Below the pieces are notes generated by a model. That model had not been told where the DNA came from, made no database searches, and saw only the letters and a program-made list of their open reading frames with translations. Made by a program: the position numbers and the translations under genes. Shown here piece after piece: positions 14,208 to 28,815 of a stretch of 64,000 nucleotides of DNA. The DNA is from TPA_inf: Saccharomyces (taxonomy: Eukaryota), in assembly GCA_000146045.2 (NCBI GenBank), contig BK006939.2:512875-576874 (forward strand). Reading direction: 5' to 3'. How positions within the stretch are numbered: position 1 is the stretch's first letter; each line of letters starts with the position of its first letter.

Positions 14208-16544
14208 ATGAAGTTTTATATAGATGATTTACCAGTGCTTTTTCCATACCCCAAGATATATCCAGAGCAGTATAATTATATGTGCGATATTAAAAAGACT
14301 CTGGATGTAGGTGGAAATAGTATCTTGGAGATGCCTTCAGGAACAGGTAAAACGGTCTCATTACTATCCCTCACAATTGCCTACCAGATGCACTACCCAG
14401 AACATAGAAAGATCATATATTGTTCTCGTACTATGTCTGAAATTGAAAAAGCTTTAGTAGAGTTAGAGAACCTTATGGATTACAGAACTAAAGAACTAGG
14501 CTATCAAGAGGATTTTCGAGGTCTTGGCTTGACATCAAGAAAAAATTTGTGTTTGCATCCCGAAGTGAGTAAGGAACGAAAAGGTACAGTAGTCGATGAA
14601 AAGTGCCGTAGAATGACAAATGGGCAGGCGAAGAGAAAATTAGAAGAGGATCCAGAGGCAAATGTAGAATTGTGTGAATACCATGAGAATTTGTACAATA
14701 TTGAAGTAGAGGATTATCTTCCAAAAGGCGTATTTTCTTTTGAAAAACTTTTGAAATACTGCGAAGAAAAAACACTTTGTCCATATTTTATTGTTCGTCG
14801 TATGATTTCTCTTTGTAACATTATTATTTATTCTTACCATTATCTATTAGATCCTAAAATTGCTGAAAGAGTTTCCAACGAGGTTTCTAAAGATAGCATT
14901 GTCATTTTTGATGAAGCGCACAATATTGATAATGTGTGTATCGAATCGCTGTCATTAGACTTGACAACGGATGCATTGAGAAGAGCCACACGAGGTGCTA
15001 ATGCGTTAGATGAACGTATTTCTGAGGTCAGAAAGGTTGACTCACAGAAATTACAGGATGAATACGAAAAACTAGTTCAAGGTCTCCATTCTGCAGATAT
15101 TCTTACCGACCAGGAAGAGCCATTTGTGGAAACACCTGTATTGCCCCAAGATCTTCTAACAGAAGCAATCCCGGGAAATATACGAAGAGCCGAGCATTTT
15201 GTTTCATTTTTGAAAAGATTGATAGAATATCTGAAGACCAGAATGAAAGTTCTTCACGTTATTTCAGAAACGCCAAAATCATTTCTACAGCATTTAAAAC
15301 AGTTAACTTTCATAGAAAGGAAACCTCTTCGGTTTTGCTCAGAAAGGCTATCATTACTTGTAAGAACTTTAGAAGTTACAGAGGTAGAAGATTTTACTGC
15401 ATTGAAAGACATAGCAACTTTTGCTACTCTTATATCAACATATGAGGAAGGGTTTTTACTAATTATTGAACCGTATGAAATCGAAAATGCTGCAGTTCCG
15501 AATCCGATTATGAGATTTACTTGCTTAGATGCATCGATTGCCATCAAACCAGTCTTTGAGAGATTTTCTTCCGTTATTATCACTTCAGGGACCATATCAC
15601 CATTAGACATGTATCCAAGAATGTTAAACTTTAAAACTGTTTTACAAAAATCATATGCCATGACCTTAGCCAAAAAATCATTTCTACCAATGATTATTAC
15701 CAAGGGTTCTGATCAAGTTGCAATTTCTTCAAGATTTGAAATCAGAAACGATCCTAGTATTGTTCGTAATTACGGTTCTATGCTAGTAGAGTTTGCCAAG
15801 ATCACACCTGATGGAATGGTTGTTTTTTTCCCCTCATATCTATATATGGAAAGTATTGTTTCAATGTGGCAAACAATGGGTATTCTTGACGAAGTTTGGA
15901 AACATAAATTAATTTTAGTTGAGACTCCTGATGCTCAAGAAACTTCTTTAGCCTTAGAAACCTATAGAAAGGCTTGCTCAAATGGGCGTGGGGCAATTTT
16001 GCTTTCTGTTGCTAGAGGAAAGGTATCTGAAGGTATCGATTTTGATCATCAATATGGCAGAACTGTGCTGATGATAGGTATCCCGTTTCAATACACAGAA
16101 TCGCGTATTTTGAAAGCTCGCCTAGAATTCATGAGGGAGAACTATCGCATCAGAGAAAACGACTTCTTATCTTTCGATGCGATGAGACATGCAGCTCAAT
16201 GTCTGGGGAGAGTACTGAGAGGGAAGGACGACTATGGTGTAATGGTACTAGCAGACCGTAGGTTTTCAAGAAAAAGAAGCCAGTTACCAAAATGGATTGC
16301 TCAAGGTTTGTCTGACGCCGATTTGAACCTTTCGACTGACATGGCCATATCCAATACCAAACAATTCTTGAGAACAATGGCACAACCCACAGACCCTAAA
16401 GACCAAGAGGGTGTATCTGTTTGGAGTTATGAAGATTTAATAAAGCACCAGAATAGCAGAAAAGATCAAGGTGGATTTATTGAAAACGAAAACAAAGAAG
16501 GAGAACAGGATGAAGATGAAGATGAAGATATAGAAATGCAGTGA
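14208..16544 (+). CDS. RAD3: TFIIH 5'-3' DNA helicase (XPD homolog), 778 aa
   Basis: N-terminus MKFYIDDLPVLFPYPKIYPEQY; DEAH box DEAHNIDN; ATG at 14208 (the track start 14199 is TTG). Confidence 0.93.
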   Translation: MKFYIDDLPVLFPYPKIYPEQYNYMCDIKKTLDVGGNSILEMPSGTGKTVSLLSLTIAYQMHYPEHRKIIYCSRTMSEIEKALVELENLMDYRTKELGYQEDFRGLGLTSRKNLCLHPEVSKERKGTVVDEKCRRMTNGQAKRKLEEDPEANVELCEYHENLYNIEVEDYLPKGVFSFEKLLKYCEEKTLCPYFIVRRMISLCNIIIYSYHYLLDPKIAERVSNEVSKDSIVIFDEAHNIDNVCIESLSLDLTTDALRRATRGANALDERISEVRKVDSQKLQDEYEKLVQGLHSADILTDQEEPFVETPVLPQDLLTEAIPGNIRRAEHFVSFLKRLIEYLKTRMKVLHVISETPKSFLQHLKQLTFIERKPLRFCSERLSLLVRTLEVTEVEDFTALKDIATFATLISTYEEGFLLIIEPYEIENAAVPNPIMRFTCLDASIAIKPVFERFSSVIITSGTISPLDMYPRMLNFKTVLQKSYAMTLAKKSFLPMIITKGSDQVAISSRFEIRNDPSIVRNYGSMLVEFAKITPDGMVVFFPSYLYMESIVSMWQTMGILDEVWKHKLILVETPDAQETSLALETYRKACSNGRGAILLSVARGKVSEGIDFDHQYGRTVLMIGIPFQYTESRILKARLEFMRENYRIRENDFLSFDAMRHAAQCLGRVLRGKDDYGVMVLADRRFSRKRSQLPKWIAQGLSDADLNLSTDMAISNTKQFLRTMAQPTDPKDQEGVSVWSYEDLIKHQNSRKDQGGFIENENKEGEQDEDEDEDIEMQ

Positions 16545-16655
16545 TGCAATGATACGCTTTTGCTATAAACTGTATATATCACAATTAGATTAAATAGCCG
16601 CAAGAGAATGTTATATATTGAAATCCATTCGATTATCCAGGACTAAACAATGATT

Positions 16656-19600
16656 TTATTTCACATTTATTTCAAAGGACAACTCTTTATCTGCGTCAAG
16701 ATATGAATCACAGACACACCAAATTGTTAAGTTATGTTTACCAGATGTCGGAGTGTCAAATTCCAATTCATATTGCTGAGTCTCTTTATTTAAAGTAACT
16801 TTCTTGATCGCATAAAGCTCTTTTTTAGATACTTCACCTAAAACCAACCACCAACTTTCTAGCTTATCAAACGGATACTTTTCAGATGTTACTTGTAAGT
16901 TCTCAGGTTCAACATCTCTTGTCAATTGAATGGTAATTTTCTGTTTTACACCTGAAATTAACGAATCAGAATTATTCAACGAATAAGTAAGTTCAACGTT
17001 GGGGTAATTGTTAACAAACGCGGCGACCTGCGCAAGCTGTGAATCAGTAAGCGTTAAAATTTCATCCCTCTCTTCATCCTCAAGGGCCATTATATCATAG
17101 ACCGTCTCGACGTTAATTTCTTTACATTTTTCCAAAATTTTGTTGTTGAAGTGTGGAATCTGTCTCAACGGATTATCAACGTCCCATACACCCTGAATCA
17201 ACATCTGCGCCAAATCCATGGCGGTAGTAGCATTCAAATACCCGTTTGCTGAAAGGATATCAACCACTACGTTAATTAGTGGAACAACCTTTTCTAGAAT
17301 GTCTTTTAAATCATTTTGAAAGTCGACAGGTAATTCAAGACGTGAAAAATATGCTTGTAACAATAAGAAAACTTTAAAGCTCACCGAACCAGAAGAGGTG
17401 TGTTCAGGGAATCTCAATGGTAGTCTTTTACTTAATTTGACAAGTAATGCTCTGTCTCCTTTTCTGAGTGGAACACTTTCGAATTCTACTGCTGTTGAAA
17501 GAACATACAGCATGTTTTTGAGCGTTGACGTATTCGATAAAGAAGAAACGAATGACTGAATAGTAAAAAATGATACGCCATAGTGAGAAGCAATTAGCCC
17601 GTTGCTCAAGGTAGAAATGATTTCAGTTGCTTCATCATCTCCTCCATTAACTTCTGCGGTTACTTCAGCTTCTGTATCGTCAATTTCAATGAAGGATGAT
17701 TCAACTAAGTCATTCAAACAAGTTTCAACTAAATTACTCAAAAAAACTGAAATTCCATGTGGAGACGTATCCCTTACGCCATAATAGCTTGGATTCACAT
17801 GGATACGACGATAGAAATACGAATATGTAAACCAGTCAACACAATCTTGTTTGCTTTGTATAATAGAATTTGCTATCTCGTTGTTCAGAGTATCATGAAT
17901 AATATACTGTAGGTAACTCTCAGTAGGCAAAGGCTCAATTAAGAATTTTTTGTAGTAGGCCTTCATGTTGTGACTTGTCAAAATTAAAACCTTGCCTGCC
18001 ATTGAATCGTTACCACTAGCTAGTCCCACCATTTCTAGAAGTTCATTTATGGTATATGGCATATATTTATGCTCTGCACCATCATAAAGGTTGGTTCCTA
18101 AAATAATCACTTCATCAGTTTTACAAGCGAATGCAGAACAATCCTTAGAAATGAGTAAAACCGATACCGCACCATATTCGTATAACCTTTTCACAATTCT
18201 TTCATCATTTGATGCCATCCCCTTATACAAAATACCAACACCGTGTTTTAAAGGTGCTCTTAGATGACCATCTGTTAACTTTTCAATGTATGGTACAATT
18301 TGCTCTTCTTCAACGTTCAACATATCCCATTCAATTGCTTTTGAAAACTTCATAAATGCAGACGCAACTTCCATACAATCCTTTCTAGATGGTAAGAACA
18401 CCGAACTGGAATTACGATTTCCCGCTGCAGCAGCAGATGCTTCAAATGCCATTTGAAGCATCGAAAAATTGAATGATATGTGCTCAACATCTTTAAATGA
18501 CTGAATATTAATTTCAAGAGGCTCAATTCTTTCGCTTGGAGAAAAGTTGTAGATGTTTGACTTCGTCATACCAGCCCATTCACCAAAATCACGAGCATTT
18601 GCCAAACAGTTCGAAAGGCAAACAAATCGAATTTTCTTTTCAAGTTGGGTTGCTATAAATATCATTCTAGAAATTAGCGTTTCATACACAGCACCGTAAA
18701 CACCTTGGCTAATCTCATGAGCGTCATCATATATCATTAATTCTAAACTTTGGATGTTCTTCCTTTGTCTCCAACGACGTGACAAAAGCTCAAATTGCAC
18801 GGGGGTAGCCAAGAGAACATGGCTTTTTGCTAATAATTTTAAATTTAGTGAAGGATCATTTCCTAGCTTATTTATTATCTTACCACCAGCAAGATGAGAG
18901 AACCTTTTATTCCAATCAGATAGCAAAAAATCAATTTTTTCCCCAGACGGATTGATATAAACCGCTCTTCCTTTATTCTGTCTCCAATGATTTAACAGTG
19001 CTAATTCAGCCATAGCTGTTTTACCTGTGCCCTTTCCTGAACCTACAAAGACCGAGTCATTCGAATTGTAGAGAGACTCGAAGACCTGGCTCTGAATCTT
19101 GTTGAAAGTTTTAAATTCAAATACTTCGGAAAAATCATCATTGCCAAGCTCTGATGTTGAAATACTAATATTCTCCAGAAGGGGAGTAGGAGGAGGAAAT
19201 TTTTTCGGAAGTTTAAATCCATTGAAGGAAACTGGAATCTCGAATTCACTGTGCCACCAATTTTCTGATATCAAAGTAAGGAAGAAATTAGGTGGTAAGT
19301 TATTTTGATTGTGCTGCTTTAACTCATAAGTAAAGGATAAGGTAAATTCATGACCAACTATATCTGGAGTGATGAATAGTACGTCATAATAAAGTATTGA
19401 ATCACCATCAGTGTCTTCTAGCATGAGCAAAAAAGGTTCAAGGGAACCGTGTACATTCATATCCCATATCCAGTCGGCTATTATTTCAATGTTGAACCTC
19501 ATAACGCTACGGGTAATTGGCTGAGCGTTGCATGTTACGGACATTTTGGGAAATCTTTTCAATAAATCGTAAACCTGTTTTCCATATTTTTCAGATCTGA

Positions 19601-22600
19601 TTGCACGACCAACTTCGGCAGGTGTTTCTAGCTGTAGATAATCTCCCCACGGTACTGTAGAGGCTTCCAGCCTTTTAATCACTTCGACAGGGCATGTTTT
19701 AAACTGTCTTAAAGGACAGTTTGTTGGCCACATTTTAGTTGTGGCAGATTTGCAAAGATTTAACAACATCCGTGTGGGATGTCCCCATCCTCTCTTCAAG
19801 CATATTTCAAACATAGCACGCAATAACCTACCAGCATTTTGGTGAATAAACACTATATCAGAATTAAGTGCAAAACCTTCGAACTTTAGCTGGGAAAAAT
19901 AAGACTGCAGTAGTACATTCACTTTTGCTAAAGGATCATCAATATCTTCTCTGATAGGAATGGGTGCTTTCTCTAGAAGTTGTTTTAGTTCTCTTTTCTC
20001 TTCATATCTCACCGATACGTACTTAAACTCTTCCGACATTGAGAATATTCTAAAAAGATCAATCTGAGTTGTATGTTCATCTAACTCTCTATTGTAAACA
20101 TCCATGGAAGCATGATTTATGTAAAATGACGACGCTATATTTCCTAGATCGGTCGCCTCAATTACATCATTTTCAGCATCATATAACACCAACTCTTGTT
20201 CTTTTAAAATGCATAGGGCCGAATGGACTAAGCTTTCTCTAAACTTTTTCAATTGCCCATCACTTGAAATATCAGGTACTTTGTAAAGCATAGGGGAAGC
20301 TAACATTCTGACATATAGGTAAGTATACGCCAACCAATTCACAGCATCATTCCTGCACTTAATGTTACCCGCGACAACTTCTGCATTTAAGTTGTCAACT
20401 AATTTTGAAACAAATTGCGATTCTATTGGTAATTGTTGATTTAAAACCGAGAGATAATATTGAACATTCGATTGGTCTGTTATTATAATACCCTCGCCAA
20501 ATGTGTCATATCTCGGTCTGCCTGCTCTACCTAACATTTGAAGTACATCTTGTGGAGAAAGTTGTTCCCAGGACCCCTTTTCAGGTGAATAGACATCTGT
20601 TCCTTTTATAATCACTGTATGAGCAGGTAGATTAACACCCCATGCTAACGTCGCAGTGCATACCAATACTTGCAACAACCCGTCTGCAAATAAATCTTCA
20701 GATAAGGATCTGTCACTTCTGGTCAGCCCTGCGTGATGCGTCCCTATACCGCTTTCAATCAACTTTCGTAGACTTGGATCGAGTACGTTGGCTGCTTCTG
20801 TCTTTAAAATCTGCTTCGATCCTGCATCATTTTTGGTTAATTTATGAGTAATGTTCTCTTCAGCAAATTTATTTTTCAACCATGTTGCTGTTCGTGATGT
20901 TTCTTTTCGAGAATGAACAAACACGATTATTTGATTACCTTCATTGATGGATTCCAATACCTTTTCATAACAAGCATCATTCATAGCCTTCAGCTTTTTC
21001 AAGGAGTTCCGTTCCTTAATGCCACAAAACTGTTGAGATAGAGGACACGGTCTAAATGAGGAGTCAAAATAAAACAATCCTTCCTTCGGAACTCTTAAAA
21101 ACCTACCGACATCCTCATAATTTGGTAAGGTGGCAGAAAGGCCTATTATTCTGGGGTATTCCTGGCCATATTTGGAAGCCCAAAATGTCCTAGCCACGAT
21201 GCTTTCCAATACTGGTCCCCTGTCATCATGTAACAAATGTATTTCATCTATAATCAACAAACGAACAAGTTCTACGATGGCCAAATTATTTGAATTTCTA
21301 GTAGTTATGTCCCATTTCTCTGGCGTAGACACCAAAACCTGCGTCTCGTCAATTTGCTTTCTACTAAGCCTAGAATCACCAGTCAATTCAGCGACTTTTA
21401 TACCTAGAAAAGCCAACCTCCTTTGAAATTCTCGGACTTGTTCCTGTACTAAGGCTTTCAAGGGTGCTATATAAACAATTTTAAATGCAGAAAGGTTTAA
21501 TTTCTTAGTTTTCGGGTTATAATGATGGGATAAGGCTTTCAATACCGTCAATAACGCGATATTCGTCTTACCTGAACCAGTGGGTGCACATATTAGCATG
21601 TTTGAATCACCTTCAAATGCTGCGTGAAAAACCTTTGATTGTATAGGGTTTAAGGACGTTGTTTCCGATGAAGGAAACGCCTCCTGACACCAATCTGGTA
21701 GAGAAGTAATTTCTTTCAACTCATAATCAATAACAGGTTTGCTAGGAGCTGGAATATGTATTTCGTCATATTGTGGTTTCACCCTTTTGAATGATCCTTC
21801 CGGTAGGGATACTTTTGTCACGGTCATTAATTTAGAACTTTCGTCGAATTTAATCTTTTCCAAATCTATGACGGGCGGTATTGCTGGATTACTGAATTTT
21901 GTTCTTTTTGCTTCCGAAGACTGTGGCTGGTCGTCACCGGAATCGAGTTCACGCTTTGAGTGTGTAGTTTCTCTAAATTTATACTGTTCCACAAGATCAT
22001 TCAAACCTTTTGCAACCATTTTCTCTATTAAGTTCGGTATTTCATTCTCTGTGCTCTTCGCCAGTCGTATGCCCCAAAAAATTGTAGATCTATTCTTGAG
22101 AATAAATTCAGCCAGTGATATATTCTCGAATTTAAGCAGATCAACCAACTTCTGCTCCAACGCTACTGGATTATGCTCAAGTGTTTCAATATCATTCAAA
22201 ATTTTTTCTGACAGGTCTTGTATTACAGAGGTATCCTTGTAACCAAGCTCTGACCGAAGTTTTCTCTGCAAAAAAAATTCATCGATTGAGTATATCGGAA
22301 CGCTCTCGATATTACTTGTTTTACTATCGGAGAGTTTAATTATATCGTTTTCAATGTTTGGCAATGCCCTCTTGTTTTTTTTTTTAGAATTGACTTCAAC
22401 GTCATTGTAATCATATTCCTCATCATCATCTTCATTATCATTGATTTCTCCCCCAAGAACATTAGCATTGTTGGACATTTCTGTTACTTCTTCTTCATCT
22501 GATTTTTCATCATCGGCAAGAATTGCTACTGCTTGTTTATTGCTATTGTCAGGATGTGTTTCATAATCGGTAATGTTTTTCATAAGTTTAACTAATTCGT

Positions 22601-23147
22601 TAAACTTCAGGGAGTCTATATTGATGCCTAGCTCATGCTGGATCTTTTCCTTTCGCTCTTCAATATTACCATCCTCATTTTCCTCATTTTCTTTCAATTG
22701 TCTGATGAATATATCAGCAGTTCCAATAATAAGATCATGGGGTATATCATTGCCTAAAACTTCTGTAACCCACTGCAAAATCTGCTCGTAAGTTTCGACA
22801 TTTGAGGGATCCTTTGGATAATAATGTAACCTGAAATCGGAGGAAGAATTCAAAATGGTGTTATGCTGCTGAATTTTTTTCAATGATGCGCTCTTTCCAG
22901 TTTTTTCAACGGCTACATCATTTTCTTTTAGTCCTTTATTAATGTTATTGCACAGGCCCTGTCCCATATCCTTAGCACTAATTCTACCACTCATGGATTT
23001 TGGTTGTGATATTTCCGCATCCCTTTGAGGATTTTGGCTGGTATTCATAAAGCGTTTATCAACTTTCAACACCTTATTGGACATCTCATCATAACGATAA
23101 ATTTCTCTAATTTTTTTGGCCTTATCCTTCGTTTCATGCTCAGTCAT
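16656..23147 (-). CDS. BRR2: U5 snRNP Ski2-like RNA helicase with tandem helicase/Sec63 cassettes, 2163 aa
   Basis: Two helicase cassettes (DEIHLL, GSGKT); ATG at 23147 giving MTEHETKDK; the track has a 13-codon non-ATG extension. Confidence 0.93.
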
Positions 23148-23425
23148 TTTTAATAACGAAGGCTCACGGTAAATCTTCCAAAGCAATTACTTATATTTAC
23201 CTTCACCTTATTTTACTCAAGATTATCTCTATTAGTGTATTATTCCTTTATAGTAGACATAGCTTTAGTAGCATAAATTTTTAATATTCTCGTAAAGAGC
23301 GACAATATTCAATATTAGATCGTCAAAGAAGCAAACACGCATTGATATCTGAGAGATCATCACAATGCGTTAATAGTACTTGATTCAACACCACTAATTA
23401 TCAAGTTTGTTCCTGTCTGAATGAT

Positions 23426-25405
23426 ATGGATAGTACGAATTTGAACAAACGGCCCTTATTACAATATAGTCTCAGTTCATTGGGCTCGCAAATAACAAAA
23501 TGGAGCTCATCTAGACCGACTTCGCCAGTTCGTAAGGCGAGAAGCACTGAAAATGACTTTCTTTCCAAGCAAGATACGTCTAGTATCCTCCCAAGTATCA
23601 ACGACGACGGCGGTGAACAGTGGTACGAAAAGTTCAAGCCCAATTGTTTGGAGCAAGTGGCCATACATAAAAGAAAACTTAAAGATGTACAAGAAGCTTT
23701 AGATGCCATGTTTTTACCTAACGCCAAGCATAGGATCCTACTACTGTCTGGCCCCAGTGGATGCTCTAAAAGTACGGTCATAAAAGAACTCTCAAAAATC
23801 TTAGTTCCTAAATACAGACAAAACAGCAACGGAACGTCCTTTCGAAGCACCCCGAACGAGCATAAAGTGACCGAGTTTAGAGGTGATTGTATAGTCAACG
23901 ATCTTCCTCAGATGGAAAGCTTTAGTGAGTTCTTAAAAGGCGCACGGTATCTTGTGATGTCCAACCTGTCATTAATACTTATCGAGGACCTTCCCAACGT
24001 CTTCCATATAGATACCAGACGTCGATTTCAACAACTTATATTACAGTGGCTATATAGTTCGGAGCCTCTATTACCTCCCCTTGTTATATGTATAACTGAA
24101 TGTGAAATTCCAGAGAACGATAATAATTATCGCAAATTTGGTATTGATTATACATTTAGTGCAGAAACCATAATGAACAAAGAAATATTGATGCATCCAA
24201 GGTTGAAAAGAATTAAGTTTAATCCAATTAACAGCACTTTATTAAAAAAGCACTTGAAATTTATTTGTGTACAGAATATGAAAATGTTGAAGGAGAAAAA
24301 TAAATGGAATAAAAGACAGGAAGTCATAGATTATATTGCGCAAGAGACTGGTGATATTAGGTCGGCCATTACGACCCTTCAATTTTGGGCGACATCAAGT
24401 GGAAGTTTGCCGATTTCAACCCGAGAATCCACCATATCATACTTTCATGCCATTGGGAAGGTGATACATGGTTCCCATAGCACGAATAACGATAACGAAA
24501 TGATTAATAACCTCTTCGAAAATTCGAACAATTTGTTATCGAAAGAGGATTTCAAATTAGGAATATTAGAGAACTATAACACATTTAATAAAGGCGAATT
24601 CAGCATTTCTGATGCATCATCAATTGTGGATTGCCTGAGCGAGTGTGATAATATGAATGGTCTACCAGAATCCAATGAGTATGGTTTACGAGAAGTGCGC
24701 AAAACCTTTCGTAACATCAGTAAACAAGGCCATAATCATGGAACGGTTTATTTTCCAAGAGAATGGAAAGTAAGAAAATTACAAAATTCATTTAAAGTTC
24801 AAGCTGAAGATTGGTTAAATGTTAGTCTTTATAAGTACAACGCGGTACATTCTTTCAGGAATATAACTCTAGAATTTGGCTACTACGCACCTCTAATTAG
24901 AAAGTGTCAGAGTTATAAAAAAAAATACATTCTCTATTATTTGAAGAATCTTCCGAGTGGCTCCTCGGGGCCCAAACAAACCATGGACAAATTTAGTGAT
25001 ATAATGAAAGTTGAGAACGGAATCGACGTTGTGGATCGGATAGGCGGGCCTATCGAAGCACTATCTGTGGAGGATGGACTAGCACCATTGATGGATAATG
25101 ATAGCAATAATTGTGACCATTTAGAGGATCAAAAAAAGGAAAGGGACAGAAGGCTTCGCATGTTGATTGACCAATATGAAAGAAATGTGATGATGGCTAA
25201 CGACGATCTTGAAGACGAAGAAACTTCTTTTAATGATGACCCTATTGTCGATAGCGATAGCGATAACAGCAATAATATTGGCAATGAAACATTTGGTAGA
25301 AGCGACGAAGACGAGTCTCTATGTGAAATTCTGTCCCAGAGACAGCCGCGTAAAGCGCCAGTTATCAGTGAGTCCCTTTCAGATTCAGATCTGGAAATAC
25401 TCTAA
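23426..25405 (+). CDS. RAD24: RFC-like checkpoint clamp-loader subunit, 659 aa
   Basis: Walker A LLLSGPSGCSKST; 659 aa; gene order. Confidence 0.92.
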   Translation: MDSTNLNKRPLLQYSLSSLGSQITKWSSSRPTSPVRKARSTENDFLSKQDTSSILPSINDDGGEQWYEKFKPNCLEQVAIHKRKLKDVQEALDAMFLPNAKHRILLLSGPSGCSKSTVIKELSKILVPKYRQNSNGTSFRSTPNEHKVTEFRGDCIVNDLPQMESFSEFLKGARYLVMSNLSLILIEDLPNVFHIDTRRRFQQLILQWLYSSEPLLPPLVICITECEIPENDNNYRKFGIDYTFSAETIMNKEILMHPRLKRIKFNPINSTLLKKHLKFICVQNMKMLKEKNKWNKRQEVIDYIAQETGDIRSAITTLQFWATSSGSLPISTRESTISYFHAIGKVIHGSHSTNNDNEMINNLFENSNNLLSKEDFKLGILENYNTFNKGEFSISDASSIVDCLSECDNMNGLPESNEYGLREVRKTFRNISKQGHNHGTVYFPREWKVRKLQNSFKVQAEDWLNVSLYKYNAVHSFRNITLEFGYYAPLIRKCQSYKKKYILYYLKNLPSGSSGPKQTMDKFSDIMKVENGIDVVDRIGGPIEALSVEDGLAPLMDNDSNNCDHLEDQKKERDRRLRMLIDQYERNVMMANDDLEDEETSFNDDPIVDSDSDNSNNIGNETFGRSDEDESLCEILSQRQPRKAPVISESLSDSDLEIL

Positions 25406-25559
25406 CTTTTTACTCTTTAAATTTGACGAGAAAACCCCAGGAAATATTCCACACAAATCTATGCACATTACATTCTAGAATAAATTAATAAATAAAAATA
25501 TATACATATATATTAATATGTATATATGTATGAATATAGTTTTCATTACAAAATAAGGC

Positions 25560-26294
25560 TTACTGTAGAGCATGTTGGAAATATTCAGGATCTTCTTCTA
25601 TAGATTCCTTGATAATATCCAAACCTCCCTGGAACTCCCCATTGATATATAACTGAGGAAAAGTAGGCCAATCAGAAAACTTCTTCAAGCTTTGTCTAAC
25701 GTTTTCGTCTCTTAATATATCAAAAAATCCGAACCTTATTTGGTGTTCTCTGAGGATACCAACTAACTGTCTAGAAAATCCGCATTTAGGTTCTGATGGG
25801 CTTCCTTTCATGAATAGCATCACAGGTGCAGCTTGTACTAGCTTCACCAGCCTAGCATTTATTTCTTCTTCAGTTTCGTCCTCTTCATCATCGGAAGACC
25901 CGCTGCTTTCCTCATCAGACGTAGATTTAGGACCCTTGGCATTGTTCGCTAGTGAGGCAGAAGCATTCGAAAGAATTTCTAAGCTTTTCACAAACTCCTT
26001 AGGATCTGCGGCTGATATTTCTTTTACAATAGTACCATTTTGAATGAAGACGAAGTATGGTACGGCTGCAATCTCAAAAAGGTCTGATATTTCTGGATGT
26101 TCGTCTGCATCTATTGATAAAAACCGGACATCCTCTTGCCTAACTTTTTCACTAACAGCTTCTAGCACCTGGCTCATAGTTTTGCAAGGATCAGCCCATT
26201 GAGCTTTAAAATATAAGACAATGAGTTTATTAGCAGCGTTTGTAGTGGTTAGTTGCGTAAATTGGTCCTGGCTTTTTATTTCAACCACAGTCAT
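25560..26294 (-). CDS. GRX4: monothiol glutaredoxin (Trx-like plus CGFS Grx domain), 244 aa
   Basis: CGFS active site (PKCGFSRQL); acidic linker; 244 aa. Confidence 0.92.
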
Positions 26295-26589
26295 ATTTAT
26301 TGGAGGAAGAGCACAGAAATTTAGTTATATGTAAGTGGAAAAATGAAATATGCTCAGTACCCAAAGACAACAATGTTACCGGGAAAACGAATCAACGTTC
26401 CTGGCAGTAACAGATTAAAAAATGGTTCAACTGGTACAGTATTAATATGCTATTTAAGCTAAATATCAACCAGTCTTCAGATATGGTAACTTTTTCTAGG
26501 ACATCTGTGAATACGTCGCGAGGCTTCACCAATTAAAACGCGCGCTCTTACTAAAATTTCACGAATATAATGCTTATTGGCTGAAATTT

Positions 26590-27498
<909 letters not shown>

Positions 27499-28815
27499 TT
27501 ATTTTGTTATCTTGTTAGGAGATAATTCTCATAACAACTAATAAAGACTGCTACAACGAAAACATACTAAATTAGTTACATTCCTTTTCCTTTAAAAATG
27601 AAAATAAGGAAGATAAACTTTCGGAAAACCAGAAAAAAAAAGGATATTACTGTGAGTCATGAACATCAACACATAAGGTGTGATTCATTTATAGTAAACA
27701 ACGGCAGAATTGCACCTAATTTTTCTGATTAGATAGGTTGATGGAACACCCTTTTTATTGGTCATTTAACAATGCATGAGACTACATAAAACATTTATCT
27801 GTTTTAGTCAAAACAAACGTGGTTGTAGAAATATTCTGCAAGAAAATTCGCGGATGATATTTGAGAATAAAATACTCATAATGATATTGAGGCAGGGTAT
27901 ATTTTTTAATATTAGCGTGAGCACCAAGATCAGTTTCTAAACATTAGCAAATTATTCTAGGTGGTATAAGACAGGCTAAAAATCTATAATTGAAATGTCA
28001 GCATCTTAAAATAAAACAGGAATTAATTTCTAAATACGCAATTGATCCAAGTGTTATGTCAATATGACTTACTGAGAACATACTCTGGCGGGCTTTACTT
28101 CCCGATCTCACATGTTGCCTTCAAGAAGCACAAAAAATTTGCAGCCCAAACACTGTCAGACACGGGAATCGATCTAACATCGTAAAATTTCAGCTGCTTC
28201 GATAAATTGGTACCCAAATATTGGAGAGACCTTTCACCACACCGACTTGAAATAGTAAACTCAAGCGCAATGATGAAAATTGGGTTGCAATGTATATTTG
28301 ATATCACAAATACCAAAATTAGCCGCTTTTTTGGTACGCACTTATAATCGAAGAAATTGATTCTTTTTTAGATTTTTAACAAATGAGGTTATATGAGAAT
28401 GAAGCAGGTCATAACAAGCGGAACCAAAGCTTACTCAAACAAGTTATCATTTCCAACTAAATCCTACTTGAACTGCACCTCTTAAAAGAAAGATAGAAAT
28501 TCTATACAAGCGCTCTCACTCAATAAGAATTGTAAAATGAACATGACAGTGATGTGTCACACCTCGATCGGCAACGTGAATTGGTTACCGTCTATTTAGT
28601 AATCAGTACAGAGATATTGAAGATGCCGCTATTTTTTTTTTTTTATATTTCCGCCGTATTTTATTCCTGTGTAGTCGGGTAATGGATGCTATTTGTATGC
28701 GATTTTAGAGTCTTAAAATGCTCAAGAGTGATGTATAATGTAAGTTCATCATTTGAAGAATTCGAACAAAGTTGTGACAATATAAGGAGTTCCGCAGACT
28801 AAGAAGTACTACACG

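Noticed and set aside
16656-23186. Many 60-170-aa ORFs antisense to or nested within BRR2, RAD3, ECM32, TOG1, YRF1 and other genes in the ORF track
   Set aside because: They overlap long, clearly conserved CDSs on the opposite strand or in another frame. They have no start codon or motif support and are typical six-frame noise.
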